Shown piece by piece: positions 9,769 to 18,862 of a DNA stretch of 64,000 nucleotides; the first letter of the stretch is position 1, and the number at the start of each line of letters is the position of its first letter. The notes under the pieces were generated by a model. The model was not told where the DNA came from, made no database searches, and was given only the letters and a program-made list of their open reading frames with translations. Origin of the DNA: a bacterium UBP14_UBA6098 (lineage in GTDB: Bacteria > UBP14 > UBA6098); NCBI GenBank assembly GCA_002428525.1, contig DIWU01000014.1, positions 16,637-80,636 on the forward strand. Direction: 5' to 3'. A program made the translations under genes and the position numbers.

Positions 9769-10794
9769 ATGCGACTCGCTCAAAAAAATAGAGAATACCA
9801 AAATATTCTCGTCGTTCGCTTCTCCTCCCTCGGCGATATCGTCCTGACAACGCCGGTTCTCGAGGGTTTGAGGCGCCGTTTCCCGAACGCGAATATCTCT
9901 TATCTCGCGAAGGCCGAATATACTCCGCTCTTGGCCGATCATCCCTCGAAATGCCTCGCGATAGGGCTTTCCGAAGAGATCCGCGGCGACTCGAAAAAAT
10001 ACCTCGACTTAATCGAATCGCTCTCGAAACAGGCCTTCGACCTCGTGGTCGATCTTCAGGCCAACGGCCGCTCGATGGTTCTGCGCAAGCGTTTGGGCGC
10101 GGATTATTTGCTCGTAAAAAAAAGAACCCTCCGGCGAATAATGATCGTGAAATTCAAGATCGGCGCAAAGGGGCTTCCAAATATTCGCGACCGCTTCTTC
10201 GAGCCGCTCTCGAGGCTCGGGATTCCCTTAATTTCAAGGCCGACGACCTCCTTGCACATCGAGGAAGGCGAACTCCGAGAGGCCCGAGCGAGATTCAACC
10301 TCGATCGGATCGAGAGGCCGCTCGCCTTGATCCATTCGGGCGCCAGATGGCCGCTCAAGCAATGGGGCGAAGCTAAATTCGACGCGTTAGCCAAAATGCT
10401 ATTAAAAAACGGCTTCAGTGTAGCCTTCATCGGAACTTCGCGAATCGAAGGGGCCGTCTCGATCGAGGGAACCAACCTGCGAGAGCTTGTCGCATGCATC
10501 TCGCTCGCGGATATCTTCATCGGCAACGACTCCGGGCCTTTGCATATAGCGGAAGCGATCGGAACGCCCTCGGTGGGTATCTTCGGGCCGACACACGAGG
10601 TCTTGGGCTACTCCTCGGATCGCCCCGACTCCCGAATCATCGGGCTCGATCTGAAATGCCGCCCCTGTTCGCTTTACGGTGGCGGCCACTGCCGAACCGG
10701 TGGGCGCGAATGTATGGAAAAACTCACGCCCGAGGCGGTTTTCGAGGAAGTGAAGAAATGCTTAGACTGCGGGGGAGGCTGTCATGTTGAATGA
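9769..10794 (+). CDS. glycosyltransferase family 9 (LPS heptosyltransferase-like) with C-terminal Cys cluster
   Basis: ILVVRFSSLGDIVLTTP N-terminus and FIGNDSGPLHIAEAIGTP motif. C-terminus reads CRPCSLYGGGHCRTGGREC...CLDCGGGCH. Confidence 0.8.
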   Translation: MRLAQKNREYQNILVVRFSSLGDIVLTTPVLEGLRRRFPNANISYLAKAEYTPLLADHPSKCLAIGLSEEIRGDSKKYLDLIESLSKQAFDLVVDLQANGRSMVLRKRLGADYLLVKKRTLRRIMIVKFKIGAKGLPNIRDRFFEPLSRLGIPLISRPTTSLHIEEGELREARARFNLDRIERPLALIHSGARWPLKQWGEAKFDALAKMLLKNGFSVAFIGTSRIEGAVSIEGTNLRELVACISLADIFIGNDSGPLHIAEAIGTPSVGIFGPTHEVLGYSSDRPDSRIIGLDLKCRPCSLYGGGHCRTGGRECMEKLTPEAVFEEVKKCLDCGGGCHVE

Positions 10795-11383
10795 TCCCGA
10801 CATCAGGCGCGCGGCCTTCCTCGATCGCGACGGAACGATCATCGCGGATATCGGCTATTTGGACGATCCGGAGGATATAGATTTTATCCCGGGAGCGGCG
10901 ATGGCTATTCGCTCGTTGAACGAGGCCGGAATCGCCGTGATCATCCTCTCGAACCAGTCCGGCGTCGCGAGGGGATTCTTTTCCATCGAAAAGGCGAGGG
11001 AGATAGAAACAGCGCTTATCGAGAAACTCAAAGAACAGGGCGCACTCGTTGATGCGAGCTATTTCTGCCCGCACCATCCCGAGGGCAAAGTCCCGGAGTT
11101 CAGCCTGCGGTGCCGTTGTCGAAAGCCCTTACCCGGTATGGCCGAAACCGCGGCAACTCGATTCAATATCGATATGAGCAAAAGCTGGGTTATTGGCGAC
11201 AAGGCGAGCGATATCGGCCTCGCAAAGAATATCGGCGCCGAGGCCCTACTCGTTCGGACAGGGGTTGGCAAAGAGACCGAGACCGCCCTCGACCCGGGCG
11301 ACTCGATCGCTGTTTTCGATACGATCTCCGAGGCTGTGAACCGAATCATCGAAACAATTTCAAAGGAAAAACGGCATGCATGA
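10784..11383 (+). CDS. gmhB: D-glycero-beta-D-manno-heptose-1,7-bisphosphate 7-phosphatase (HAD-IIIA)
   Basis: FLDRDGTII HAD motif I, a CxH...CRCRKP zinc site, and WVIGDKASD motif. Confidence 0.8.
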   Translation: MLNDPDIRRAAFLDRDGTIIADIGYLDDPEDIDFIPGAAMAIRSLNEAGIAVIILSNQSGVARGFFSIEKAREIETALIEKLKEQGALVDASYFCPHHPEGKVPEFSLRCRCRKPLPGMAETAATRFNIDMSKSWVIGDKASDIGLAKNIGAEALLVRTGVGKETETALDPGDSIAVFDTISEAVNRIIETISKEKRHA

Positions 11384-12374
11384 AGCTGAGTTTTGGGAGA
11401 CCGAGGGCGATAAGATTCGTTGCCTTTTATGTCCTCACAGATGCCTTATCGCACCCGGAAAATCGGGGATATGCCGCGTCCGGACCAACCGAGACGGGCA
11501 TTTGATCGCAGACTCATATTCCGAGGTGATCTCCGTCTCCCTCGACCCGATCGAAAAGAAACCGCTATTTCACTTCTATCCGGGAAGCGGTGTCCTGTCG
11601 ATCGGCCCGCGGGGATGCAACTTCTCTTGCAGATATTGCCAAAATTGGCAAGTCTCGCAAAACTCCGGCGGGACGCTAAATATTTCGCCCGAAAGATTAG
11701 TCGAGGAGGCATCCGCCGAATCGGCCGTGGGTATTGCATATACTTATACCGAACCGATAGTCGCGTTCGAGTTCGTCAGAGACACGGCCAAGCTCGCGCG
11801 AAGTCGAGGCCTGAAAAATATCCTCGTCACGAACGGATATATCCTCGAAGAGCCGTTGAATCGGCTCATCGAGGTTACCGACGCCATGAACATCGACCTG
11901 AAATCGATGGATCAAGATTTCTATCGAAAGATTTGCGGCGGCTCGCTCGACCCGGTGTTAAATACTATCAGGACGGTGGCAAATTCTACAGTTCACCTCG
12001 AGCTAACCAATTTAATAATAACATGTTACAATGACTCCGAAAAACAGGTCGGCCGTCTCGTGGATTTCGTGGCCTCGGTCGATCCGGACATTCCCGTTCA
12101 TTTCTCGGGATACCATCCGGCCTACAGATTCAACGCTCCGCCGACACCCTTAGAAATCCTATTACGCGCAAAGGCAATTGCAGATCGATCGTTGAAGTAT
12201 GTCTATATCGGAAACCGCCAGACCGAGACCGGTCGGGACACCTTCTGCCCGAAATGCGGCAACATGCTCGTCTCGAGGGCGGGATATTCCGGTTCTATAG
12301 TGGGGATAACCCCCCTCGGAGTTTGCTCGCAATGCGGTTCCAATGTCGATATCGAGGGGCCGTGGAACACCTGA
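11376..12374 (+). CDS. radical SAM enzyme, AmmeMemoRadiSam-system (AmrS)/PflA-like family
   Basis: N-terminal CLLCPHRC..C and the radical-SAM cluster motif GCNFSCRYCQNW. Confidence 0.7.
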   Translation: MHEAEFWETEGDKIRCLLCPHRCLIAPGKSGICRVRTNRDGHLIADSYSEVISVSLDPIEKKPLFHFYPGSGVLSIGPRGCNFSCRYCQNWQVSQNSGGTLNISPERLVEEASAESAVGIAYTYTEPIVAFEFVRDTAKLARSRGLKNILVTNGYILEEPLNRLIEVTDAMNIDLKSMDQDFYRKICGGSLDPVLNTIRTVANSTVHLELTNLIITCYNDSEKQVGRLVDFVASVDPDIPVHFSGYHPAYRFNAPPTPLEILLRAKAIADRSLKYVYIGNRQTETGRDTFCPKCGNMLVSRAGYSGSIVGITPLGVCSQCGSNVDIEGPWNT

Positions 12375-12730
12375 GGCTCAAGCCCCGGCCTTCGGATATC
12401 ATCCCGATAGTGATAGTCCTCGCGCTTTCGATATTCCCGCTCAACCCCTCGCACGAAAAGCCCGAGAAGGCCGTTGTTTATTATCGAAACGAGATATTGC
12501 TCAGCCATCCCCTCTCGCGCGACACAACAATAGTCGTCGAAGGCGCTTGCGGGCCATGGGCGCTCGAGGTTTCAAACGGCGGGGTCTTCGTTGCCGAAAC
12601 TCATTGCCCAAACGGTTTCTGCCGTTCTATGGGAAAAATTTCCCGCACCGGCTCCGCGATTATCTGCGCGCCCGGAAAGATAGCGGTCGTTATCGAAGGG
12701 GGGAGCGATCTGGACGCGACCACAAGATAA
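12332..12730 (+). CDS. NusG domain II-containing (DUF1312-like) small membrane-anchored protein
   Basis: One N-terminal TM helix (IIPIVIVLALSIF) and a beta-rich C-terminus (AVVYYRNEIL...IVVEG...GKIAVVIEGG). An ATG at 12332 overlapping the rSAM 3' end is the most plausible start. Confidence 0.45.
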   Translation: MRFQCRYRGAVEHLRLKPRPSDIIPIVIVLALSIFPLNPSHEKPEKAVVYYRNEILLSHPLSRDTTIVVEGACGPWALEVSNGGVFVAETHCPNGFCRSMGKISRTGSAIICAPGKIAVVIEGGSDLDATTR

Positions 12731-12833
12731 GAACCGCAAACTCGCAACCTGCGCCCTTCTGACCGCAATCGGTTCGGTTATATGGATACTCGAGGAGTTC
12801 ATTCCGAGGCCCCTGCCGTGGCTCAAACCCGGG

Positions 12834-13226
12834 TTGGCTAATGTCGCCACGATTCTCGCAATGGCACTGGTCGGCCCGTTCGAGGCTGTCACTGTAGCCG
12901 CGCTTAGAGTCCTCGTCGGTGCAATTCTGATCGGTAAAATCGGTTCCGCGGGATTCATAATCTCGCTCAGTTCGGCACTGACCTCCTCCGCCGCCATGGC
13001 CGCCCTCGTGAAATCTCGAATCCCATTTTCAATTTACGGAATCAGCATTACGGGCGCGTTGGTTCACGCACTTACACAGCTTCTCATAGCCGGCATTATC
13101 CTATATAGCCCGAGCATAGCATACAAAGCCCTGCCAATAGTGGCTTTGCCGTCGATACTCACCGGTGCTGTCGTCGCATTTCTTGCGGGAATCGTCCTCC
13201 GAAACACCCGCTTTCCACGCGAGTGA
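12834..13226 (+). CDS. Gx transporter family protein (formerly heptaprenyl diphosphate synthase component I-like), start probably upstream
   Basis: Polytopic hydrophobic protein. The frame is open back to 12684 with Gx-family-like sequence (KLATCALLTAIGSVIWILEEF) but no canonical start codon, so the 5' end is unresolved. Confidence 0.5.
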   Translation: MANVATILAMALVGPFEAVTVAALRVLVGAILIGKIGSAGFIISLSSALTSSAAMAALVKSRIPFSIYGISITGALVHALTQLLIAGIILYSPSIAYKALPIVALPSILTGAVVAFLAGIVLRNTRFPRE

Positions 13227-13233
13227 CAAACCC

Positions 13234-13387
13234 CCGGGCGTCGGGCGCGCATGCGCGCGGCGTCGGGGCGGTAGAAAACCCTTCAATATTAGGAAGATTT
13301 CCTCCGCCCCGCCGCGGCCGCGCGCTCGAGACAAAAGCTCTGCACAACTGCACCCGTCATTATCGAGCGCGCGGCACCGACGCCCGG
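13234..13387. repeat. REP/MITE-like palindromic intergenic element (copy 1)
   Basis: Left end CCGGGCGTCGG-GCGCGCATGCGCGC-GGCGTCGGGG and right end GCGCGCGGCACCGACGCCCGG, with nested hairpins (CGGGGCGG...CCGCCCCG, AGGAAGATTTCCT). Confidence 0.5.
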
Positions 13388-13448
13388 AATTGTTGAAATG
13401 AAGATTTTGCTTGCCAATGGGCTGAAAAAGGTTAAACTTAGAAATACT

Positions 13449-14474
13449 ATGAGAATACTAATTATACAAACTGCATTCATCGGCGACTGCGTCCTGACAA
13501 CCCCCTTCATCCGCAGGACGCGGGAGGCTTATGGCGAAGACGCCGTCGTGGCCGTTCTCACAACCCCGGACGGAAAAGGGGTTTTCGACGGCAACCCGAA
13601 TATCGACGAGATAATCGTTTATGACAAGCGCAACTCGGACGCGAGGCTCTCGACGCATTTCGGGGTAGTCAACGACCTTCTCGCGCGCAAGTTCGACATC
13701 GCGTTTTTGCCGCACAGGTCGTTTAGAACCGGCCTTATGGCTATGATGGCGCGGATCCCCGAGCGAGTCGGTTTCACGAAATCCGGCGGATCGATTTTCT
13801 ACACGAAGAGCGTGCAAAAACAAATGGATTTGCCGGAACCGGAGAGACTCCTCGATTTGATCACTGTCTTCGGACATCGTCCTAAACCGTGCCCGCTGGA
13901 GGTTTTCCCGGGGAAGGCCCGCGAGAAGAAGGCCGAGGAGCTTTTAGCAAAGATCGGCCTTGCAGACAAACGCTTTGTCACAGTCGCTCCCGGCAGTGTA
14001 TGGGGAACGAAGCGTTACCCGACCGATCTCTTCGTCGAGGTGATCCGTGGATTGTTCAAGGAGAAGCTCGTCGAGAACGCAATCCTTTTAGGCGGCGAGT
14101 CCGATGCCGATCTCTGCGATAAGATCATCGCCAAGGCCGGTTCCGGAACATTCTCGCTGGCAGGCGAGACGGACATCCTAACCTCAGCGGTGATAATCTC
14201 CAAATCTAAGCTCTTCATCGGCAACGACAGCGGACCGAGCCATCTGGCCGCCGCAGTTGGGACCCCTGTTGTCACTATCTTCGGCCCGACGATTCCGGAA
14301 TTCGGTTTTATTCCATACGGCGACAATGTTACCATTGTTGAGCCGCCGATCGAGCTTAAATGCCGGCCTTGTAGCCCTCACGGCAAGATGGACTGCCCGC
14401 GGGGCGATCATGCCTGTATGATGAGCATCTTCCCGGATAAGATCATCGGGGCCGCGGCTAGGGCATTGCAATAA
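13449..14474 (+). CDS. glycosyltransferase family 9 (LPS heptosyltransferase-like) with C-terminal Cys cluster
   Basis: MRILIIQTAFIGDCVLTTP N-terminus and LFIGNDSGPSHLAAAVGTP motif. C-terminus reads CRPCSPHGKMDCPRGDHAC. Confidence 0.8.
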   Translation: MRILIIQTAFIGDCVLTTPFIRRTREAYGEDAVVAVLTTPDGKGVFDGNPNIDEIIVYDKRNSDARLSTHFGVVNDLLARKFDIAFLPHRSFRTGLMAMMARIPERVGFTKSGGSIFYTKSVQKQMDLPEPERLLDLITVFGHRPKPCPLEVFPGKAREKKAEELLAKIGLADKRFVTVAPGSVWGTKRYPTDLFVEVIRGLFKEKLVENAILLGGESDADLCDKIIAKAGSGTFSLAGETDILTSAVIISKSKLFIGNDSGPSHLAAAVGTPVVTIFGPTIPEFGFIPYGDNVTIVEPPIELKCRPCSPHGKMDCPRGDHACMMSIFPDKIIGAAARALQ

Positions 14475-14613
14475 ACGAAGCATAAGTTCTTGCCTTCGGG
14501 GAAATTCCCGATAGAGTTCACATCAAAGCGAATGGGCGTTGAATGTCCGTTCGCTTTTTTACGGTTTCACAAAATTGCGTGCTAAACGAAATCAGCGGAA
14601 GATTCAGGCTATT

Positions 14614-15297
14614 CTATATTCTGCTCAATGCCGCAATGTAACCGAGTTTCCTAAGTCCGGTGGGGTCGTGTGTCTCGCGGAGTCTGTTTAGGGCGCGTTC
14701 GATCCGCCCCGCGGAGTATCGCAACTCGATATCGGCCAAGGGGTGTTCGAGGCTGGCGAGTGTAAACACTGCATAGGCAAAGTGAAATCCCTGCCATCCA
14801 TACTTTTCGTCACGACACAGGCTCAAGGTCCTTAAACCGCGTTCGATAAAGGCTGTGCCTTCGGCAATCTGCGAGGCCGAGAGCGCTCGCCAAAATGCGA
14901 GACTACATGTTGCGCAACAGAAGCGACCTCTATCGGCCGAGGGCCTCGAACGGCCGGCTCTACCGAGCATCCCGATCATCCCCTCGCGAATACCGTGCTT
15001 TTCGGCACCGCGCCATTTGGCCAAGGCCCAAAAGGCCTCCTCGCCGAGCGCATGGGCAGTTCCGGCCCTCGAGCTGAGGCGCTCGCCTGTCGGGAGAATC
15101 GCGAAGGTATAATCGCCCTCGGTCGGGGCGGCAAAATTAAGGCCGTATCGGCCGGGTTCCTTCTGGCGTTTTACAATCCAATTCAAAGCCTCGTCGATCG
15201 ATTTTCGCTCGGCCTTTGCTCCCCCCAAACGAACCGATTCGAGTTTCCATAGGGTCTCCCCGAGGCTTTCGGAATTCAAGATCGCTTCGGACATCAT
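14614..15297 (-). CDS. hypothetical protein
   Basis: 227-aa ORF convergent with the GT9 gene and divergent from a membrane protein. No recognisable motifs. Confidence 0.45.
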   Translation of the reverse strand: MMSEAILNSESLGETLWKLESVRLGGAKAERKSIDEALNWIVKRQKEPGRYGLNFAAPTEGDYTFAILPTGERLSSRAGTAHALGEEAFWALAKWRGAEKHGIREGMIGMLGRAGRSRPSADRGRFCCATCSLAFWRALSASQIAEGTAFIERGLRTLSLCRDEKYGWQGFHFAYAVFTLASLEHPLADIELRYSAGRIERALNRLRETHDPTGLRKLGYIAALSRI

Positions 15298-15423
15298 CCA
15301 CCCGCCCTTGAAGATTATCGATAGGTTTTTCGGATACTTTCAATATAAATCATCAGGCGCGAAACGCAAGGATAGAATCTATTCTCCCAAAGTATTATCG
15401 AACTTTATGTTATATTATTCTAT

Positions 15424-16390
15424 GGACATCGGCACTTCATCGGTGTATTTTTTTAACAAAATCGAGGTGCAATTGAACAAACGGCGAATTATCAACTTAA
15501 TCTTAATGCTGATCGTCCTGACCGCGGTCGGCATGCTCGTTCATAGGAATTTCGGCGAACTGAAAAAATACAGCTTCGATTTTCGATGGGAGTTCATCCT
15601 CCTCGCATTTATCTCGGAAATCACGGCCTATATTGCCAAGCTTCTTATTTGGCAACGGCTATCCGGCTCTTATGGTTTGAAAATCCCATTCCTCCTTTCA
15701 GCCAAGGGATACCTTCTTTCTCAGTTCGGCCGCTATATCCCGGGCAAGATAGGGCTTGTTATTCTAAGGATGGAAGCCCTTCACGGCCATTCGAAAAAGA
15801 ATATCGCGATAGCCACCGGCGTGGAACTCGTATCATCGATCGGGGCGGCTTGCCTGTTGGTGCTCATAGGTATAATCTCAGCCTCGGATTACCTTCCCGA
15901 TTACGCAATCTGGATCGCAGTCATCGGGTTCGCGGGGGTGTTGGCCTTCCTGCACCCATCGGTGTTTCGGCCTCTGGGAAACCTTATATTCAAGCTGGCC
16001 AAGCGCCAACCGATGGAGGAAATCCCACCATACTTCTTAACCCTCAAATTTGTTTTCGTTTATATCCTCCCCGGGCTTATACACGGTCTCAGTCTGTTCC
16101 TCGTCCTGTTGTCACTTTCTCCAATTAGCTTCGGGTTCTATCTGACAATCACCTCCGTCTATTACGCCGCGGGACTTATCGGCCTCGCCGCCCTGTTCGC
16201 CCCCTCCGGAATCGGTGTTCGCGAGGGCGTCATGATGTTAGTCCTTCCGCTATTCATCGACGCACCCGTCGTTATCGTTGGAGTAATCATAATCCGATTA
16301 ATTACTACAGCCGCGGAGGTCTTCCTCGCCGGCGCCTTTACACTTTTGGCAAAACTATTTCAAAAACAAGACCCCGCAACCGAGGTATAA
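15424..16390 (+). CDS. flippase-like (lysylphosphatidylglycerol-synthase TM-region/UPF0104) membrane protein
   Basis: Eight or more TM helices and an FGRYIPGKIGLVILRMEAL motif. Start is uncertain: the ORF track gives 15308, but the ATG at 15424 leaves room for a promoter. Confidence 0.5.
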
Positions 16391-16448
16391 CCCCATCGAA
16401 TCCATTTATTGCGACTCGCAACATTGTCGTTATACACACCCTCTCATA

Positions 16449-16570
16449 GGGCGTCGGTATCACCTGCATCGATGATGCAGGTGATCGAACCGCGGCGCAA
16501 TGAGAGACAACCGCAAAAAATATAAACACGGGTTGCGCCGCGGTTGCCGCGCATGCGCGGACCGACGCCC
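16449..16570. repeat. REP/MITE-like palindromic intergenic element (copy 2)
   Basis: Outer IR GGGCGTCGG...CCGACGCCC. Inner perfect hairpins CACCTGCATC-GAT-GATGCAGGTG and AACCGCGGCGCAA...TTGCGCCGCGGTT, plus the palindrome CCGCGCATGCGCGG. Confidence 0.55.
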
Positions 16571-16677
16571 GAAGCGATGTCCGCAAGCGGGGGAGAAGCC
16601 GATACTACATTGATTATCAAGGAGATACAGCCATTGAGTGTTTGATAAAACATGAGGGCAAATTTTTTATTTTCGGG

Positions 16678-16707
16678 CTTGACAAATCGTTAAATAAAAA
16701 TATTATA
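16678..16707 (+). promoter_or_regulatory. sigma70-like promoter (TTGACA-17-TATTAT)
   Basis: TTGACA at 16678-16683, a 16-18 nt AT-rich spacer, and TATTAT/TTATAT at 16700-16707. Confidence 0.4.
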
Positions 16708-16712
16708 TCTTG

Positions 16713-16956
16713 ATCTTCGATAATGTTCTTTACGGTATTTGCCTACTCCTAAACGCGAAAGCGTTAACGCCGTTGGAAAATGCGGGATTAGTGAGTGCCG
16801 CTTTTGGGGGATAATCGTTGCATTTCCCCTCCTTTCCCCAACGATGTCCCCCCCTCCGACGGCTATGGAGCTTTTATCCCTTCTATTCCTGCCCCTTTGT
16901 CGAAGATTATAATCTCACTTAAAAGGCGCCGCCCCCCGCGGCGCTTTTGATTTTTT
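16713..16956 (+). ncRNA. candidate small RNA or long attenuator-type leader (promoter to intrinsic terminator, ~245 nt)
   Basis: Bounded by the promoter above and a strong terminator (GGCGCCGC-CCCCC-GCGGCGC plus TTTTGATTTTTT, 16925-16956). No ORF of 60 aa or more. Ends 58 nt upstream of the cbpA-like start. Confidence 0.3.
16925..16956 (+). terminator. Rho-independent terminator
   Basis: An 8-bp GC stem with a CCCCC loop followed by a T-tract. Confidence 0.6.
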
Positions 16957-17014
16957 GGACATTTGATTTTTGGCCCGCGGGTTGTTATATATTATGGTAT
17001 TCAGCGAGGTGAAA

Positions 17015-17902
17015 ATGGACCCGAGAAAAGACTATTACAAAATACTATCGATAAAAGAGGATGCCTCCGAGACCGAGATCAAGAAGGCATTCCACAAACT
17101 GGCAAAAAAATACCATCCGGATTTACATCCGGGGGACTCCGAGGCCGAGGCGCGCTTCAAAGAGATCAACGAGGCGTATAATATCCTGTCCGACTCGAAG
17201 AAACGCGCCGAATACGACCAACTCCGTAAATACGGTGCCGGCTTCGATATGCCCCCGGGATTCGGCGGCCGTCGTCCCGGAGGTCAGGCCGCCTATGAGG
17301 GCAACCTCGAGGACCTCTTCGGCGGAGCCAATCTCGGCGATGTCTTCTCGCAATTCTTCAACATGGGCGGCAAAAAGAAGCGAAATGCCCCGCAGAAAGG
17401 CAACGACTATAGCGCGGTCGTCGAGGTGCCATTCAGAACAGCGATCATTGGAGGCAAAAGCCGCGTCCAGTTTGAGATTCCAACCGGCGGAACAAAAACC
17501 ATCGAGATCAATATCCCCGCAGGAACAAAGCACGGAAGCAAGATCCGACTGCGCGGCCTCGGCGAACCGGGGCGAAACTCCCCACCCGGAGACCTCATCG
17601 TCACCGTCCGCGTCGCGAACGACCCCTTCTTCCGAAGAGAGGGCAACGACATCCTCGCCGATATAACAATCGGTTTGAAGGAGGCCATCGAAGGAACAAA
17701 GCTTCGAATCCGAACACCATCGGGCGAAAAAGCCGAGCTTACTATCCCCCCCGGAACACAGCCGGGGACACGATTTCGAGTTTCGGGGCAAAAAAACTCG
17801 TCGGTAGATTTCTTCGCGGTCATTAATATCAAAATTCCAACAAATCTGAACGAGAAATCGCGCGAGCTATTTAAAAGATTCGCCGAAGAAGCAGGTCTAT
17901 GA
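17015..17902 (+). CDS. cbpA: J-domain co-chaperone, CbpA-like (J domain + G/F region + DnaJ C-terminal domain, no zinc finger)
   Basis: DYYKILSI...[15 protein letters not shown] with the HPD motif, a G/F-rich linker and two DnaJ_C beta domains. There is no CxxCxGxG region. Confidence 0.8.
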   Translation: MDPRKDYYKILSIKEDASETEIKKAFHKLAKKYHPDLHPGDSEAEARFKEINEAYNILSDSKKRAEYDQLRKYGAGFDMPPGFGGRRPGGQAAYEGNLEDLFGGANLGDVFSQFFNMGGKKKRNAPQKGNDYSAVVEVPFRTAIIGGKSRVQFEIPTGGTKTIEINIPAGTKHGSKIRLRGLGEPGRNSPPGDLIVTVRVANDPFFRREGNDILADITIGLKEAIEGTKLRIRTPSGEKAELTIPPGTQPGTRFRVSGQKNSSVDFFAVINIKIPTNLNEKSRELFKRFAEEAGL

Positions 17903-18807
17903 AAAAGCCATTCGTCATTTTAACCGCGATAGTAGCATCCGCGGCGATCGCCGTCGTTATGGGTCCGGTCGATTCGATGCGCGATGCCATCGAGTTCACT
18001 TGGATTCAGCCGACGAGGACATTCATGGTCGGCGAACCGGTTTGTTTCGAGGTAATCGCCGAAAACATCGCGCCGGACTCCGCCCTCGTCGTCGAACTCG
18101 ACCCCGCGACGATCCGCTTGGATGGCGATCAACCGTTCGTGCTGGTTCGCCATGCCGAGCCGAAACTCGAGGACACACTCGCCACCGGCGCGAAGACCCG
18201 ATACCGCTATATCCTCACCGAAGGCCCGAACTCCCTTTACGATCCCTTTCGCGAGGTGCGCTCCTACGCTACAGATGTCGGCCTCTCCTGCCTGCCCGCC
18301 GGCGAATACCGCTTGATATACCGCAAAAGATGGAGTATCGCCGACTCAATCGATTTCAAGATCGTCGAGCCGCCGGCCACCGAGCGGGCGCTGTTGGACA
18401 CCCTCGCGGAGATGGCCGTCGCATATCAGGTTGGCAGGCTCGAAGACGCCGCGGCTTTGGGCTTTCGGTTGTTCGAGATGTCCTCCGGCTCGCCCTACAC
18501 AGCGCGCGGCCTCATCTTTGCCCGCGGCGCGGCTTGGGAAAAGGGCCTCTGCGATGAGGCACTTAAACTCGATTCGCTTTTCTGGGAATCCTTCGGGGAA
18601 CCTGCGATTAGATCGAACTTCCTGCCCTATCCCGGCCTGCTCCGCGCGACCGCGGGGATTTGGGGTAAATGCACAAGCAAAACCGAACGGCTGAACCGCC
18701 TCGACCGCCTCGCCGCAAAATTCGACGATCCCGAGATTTCGGCGGAAATCGATCACTACCGTCGGGTCTTCGAGGGCAAGGCTCAGTGTAGCACCTGCCC
18801 AAAATAA
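17899..18807 (+). CDS. hypothetical exported protein (signal peptide), translationally coupled to cbpA-like gene
   Basis: ATGA overlap with the upstream gene. N-terminal signal peptide [18 protein letters not shown]. No known motifs. Ends in CSTCPK. Confidence 0.5.
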   Translation: MKKPFVILTAIVASAAIAVVMGPVDSMRDAIEFTWIQPTRTFMVGEPVCFEVIAENIAPDSALVVELDPATIRLDGDQPFVLVRHAEPKLEDTLATGAKTRYRYILTEGPNSLYDPFREVRSYATDVGLSCLPAGEYRLIYRKRWSIADSIDFKIVEPPATERALLDTLAEMAVAYQVGRLEDAAALGFRLFEMSSGSPYTARGLIFARGAAWEKGLCDEALKLDSLFWESFGEPAIRSNFLPYPGLLRATAGIWGKCTSKTERLNRLDRLAAKFDDPEISAEIDHYRRVFEGKAQCSTCPK

Positions 18808-18862
18808 AAGGACACCGGCTCTTTCCGCCGGCGCCCTCTATTCATCGAATGCTCTTGATCCT

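Noticed and set aside
12343-12762. 139-aa ORF overlapping the NusG-domain-II gene in another frame
   Set aside because: Its Arg-rich translation has no hydrophobic or domain features. The alternative frame encodes a coherent TM plus beta-domain protein.
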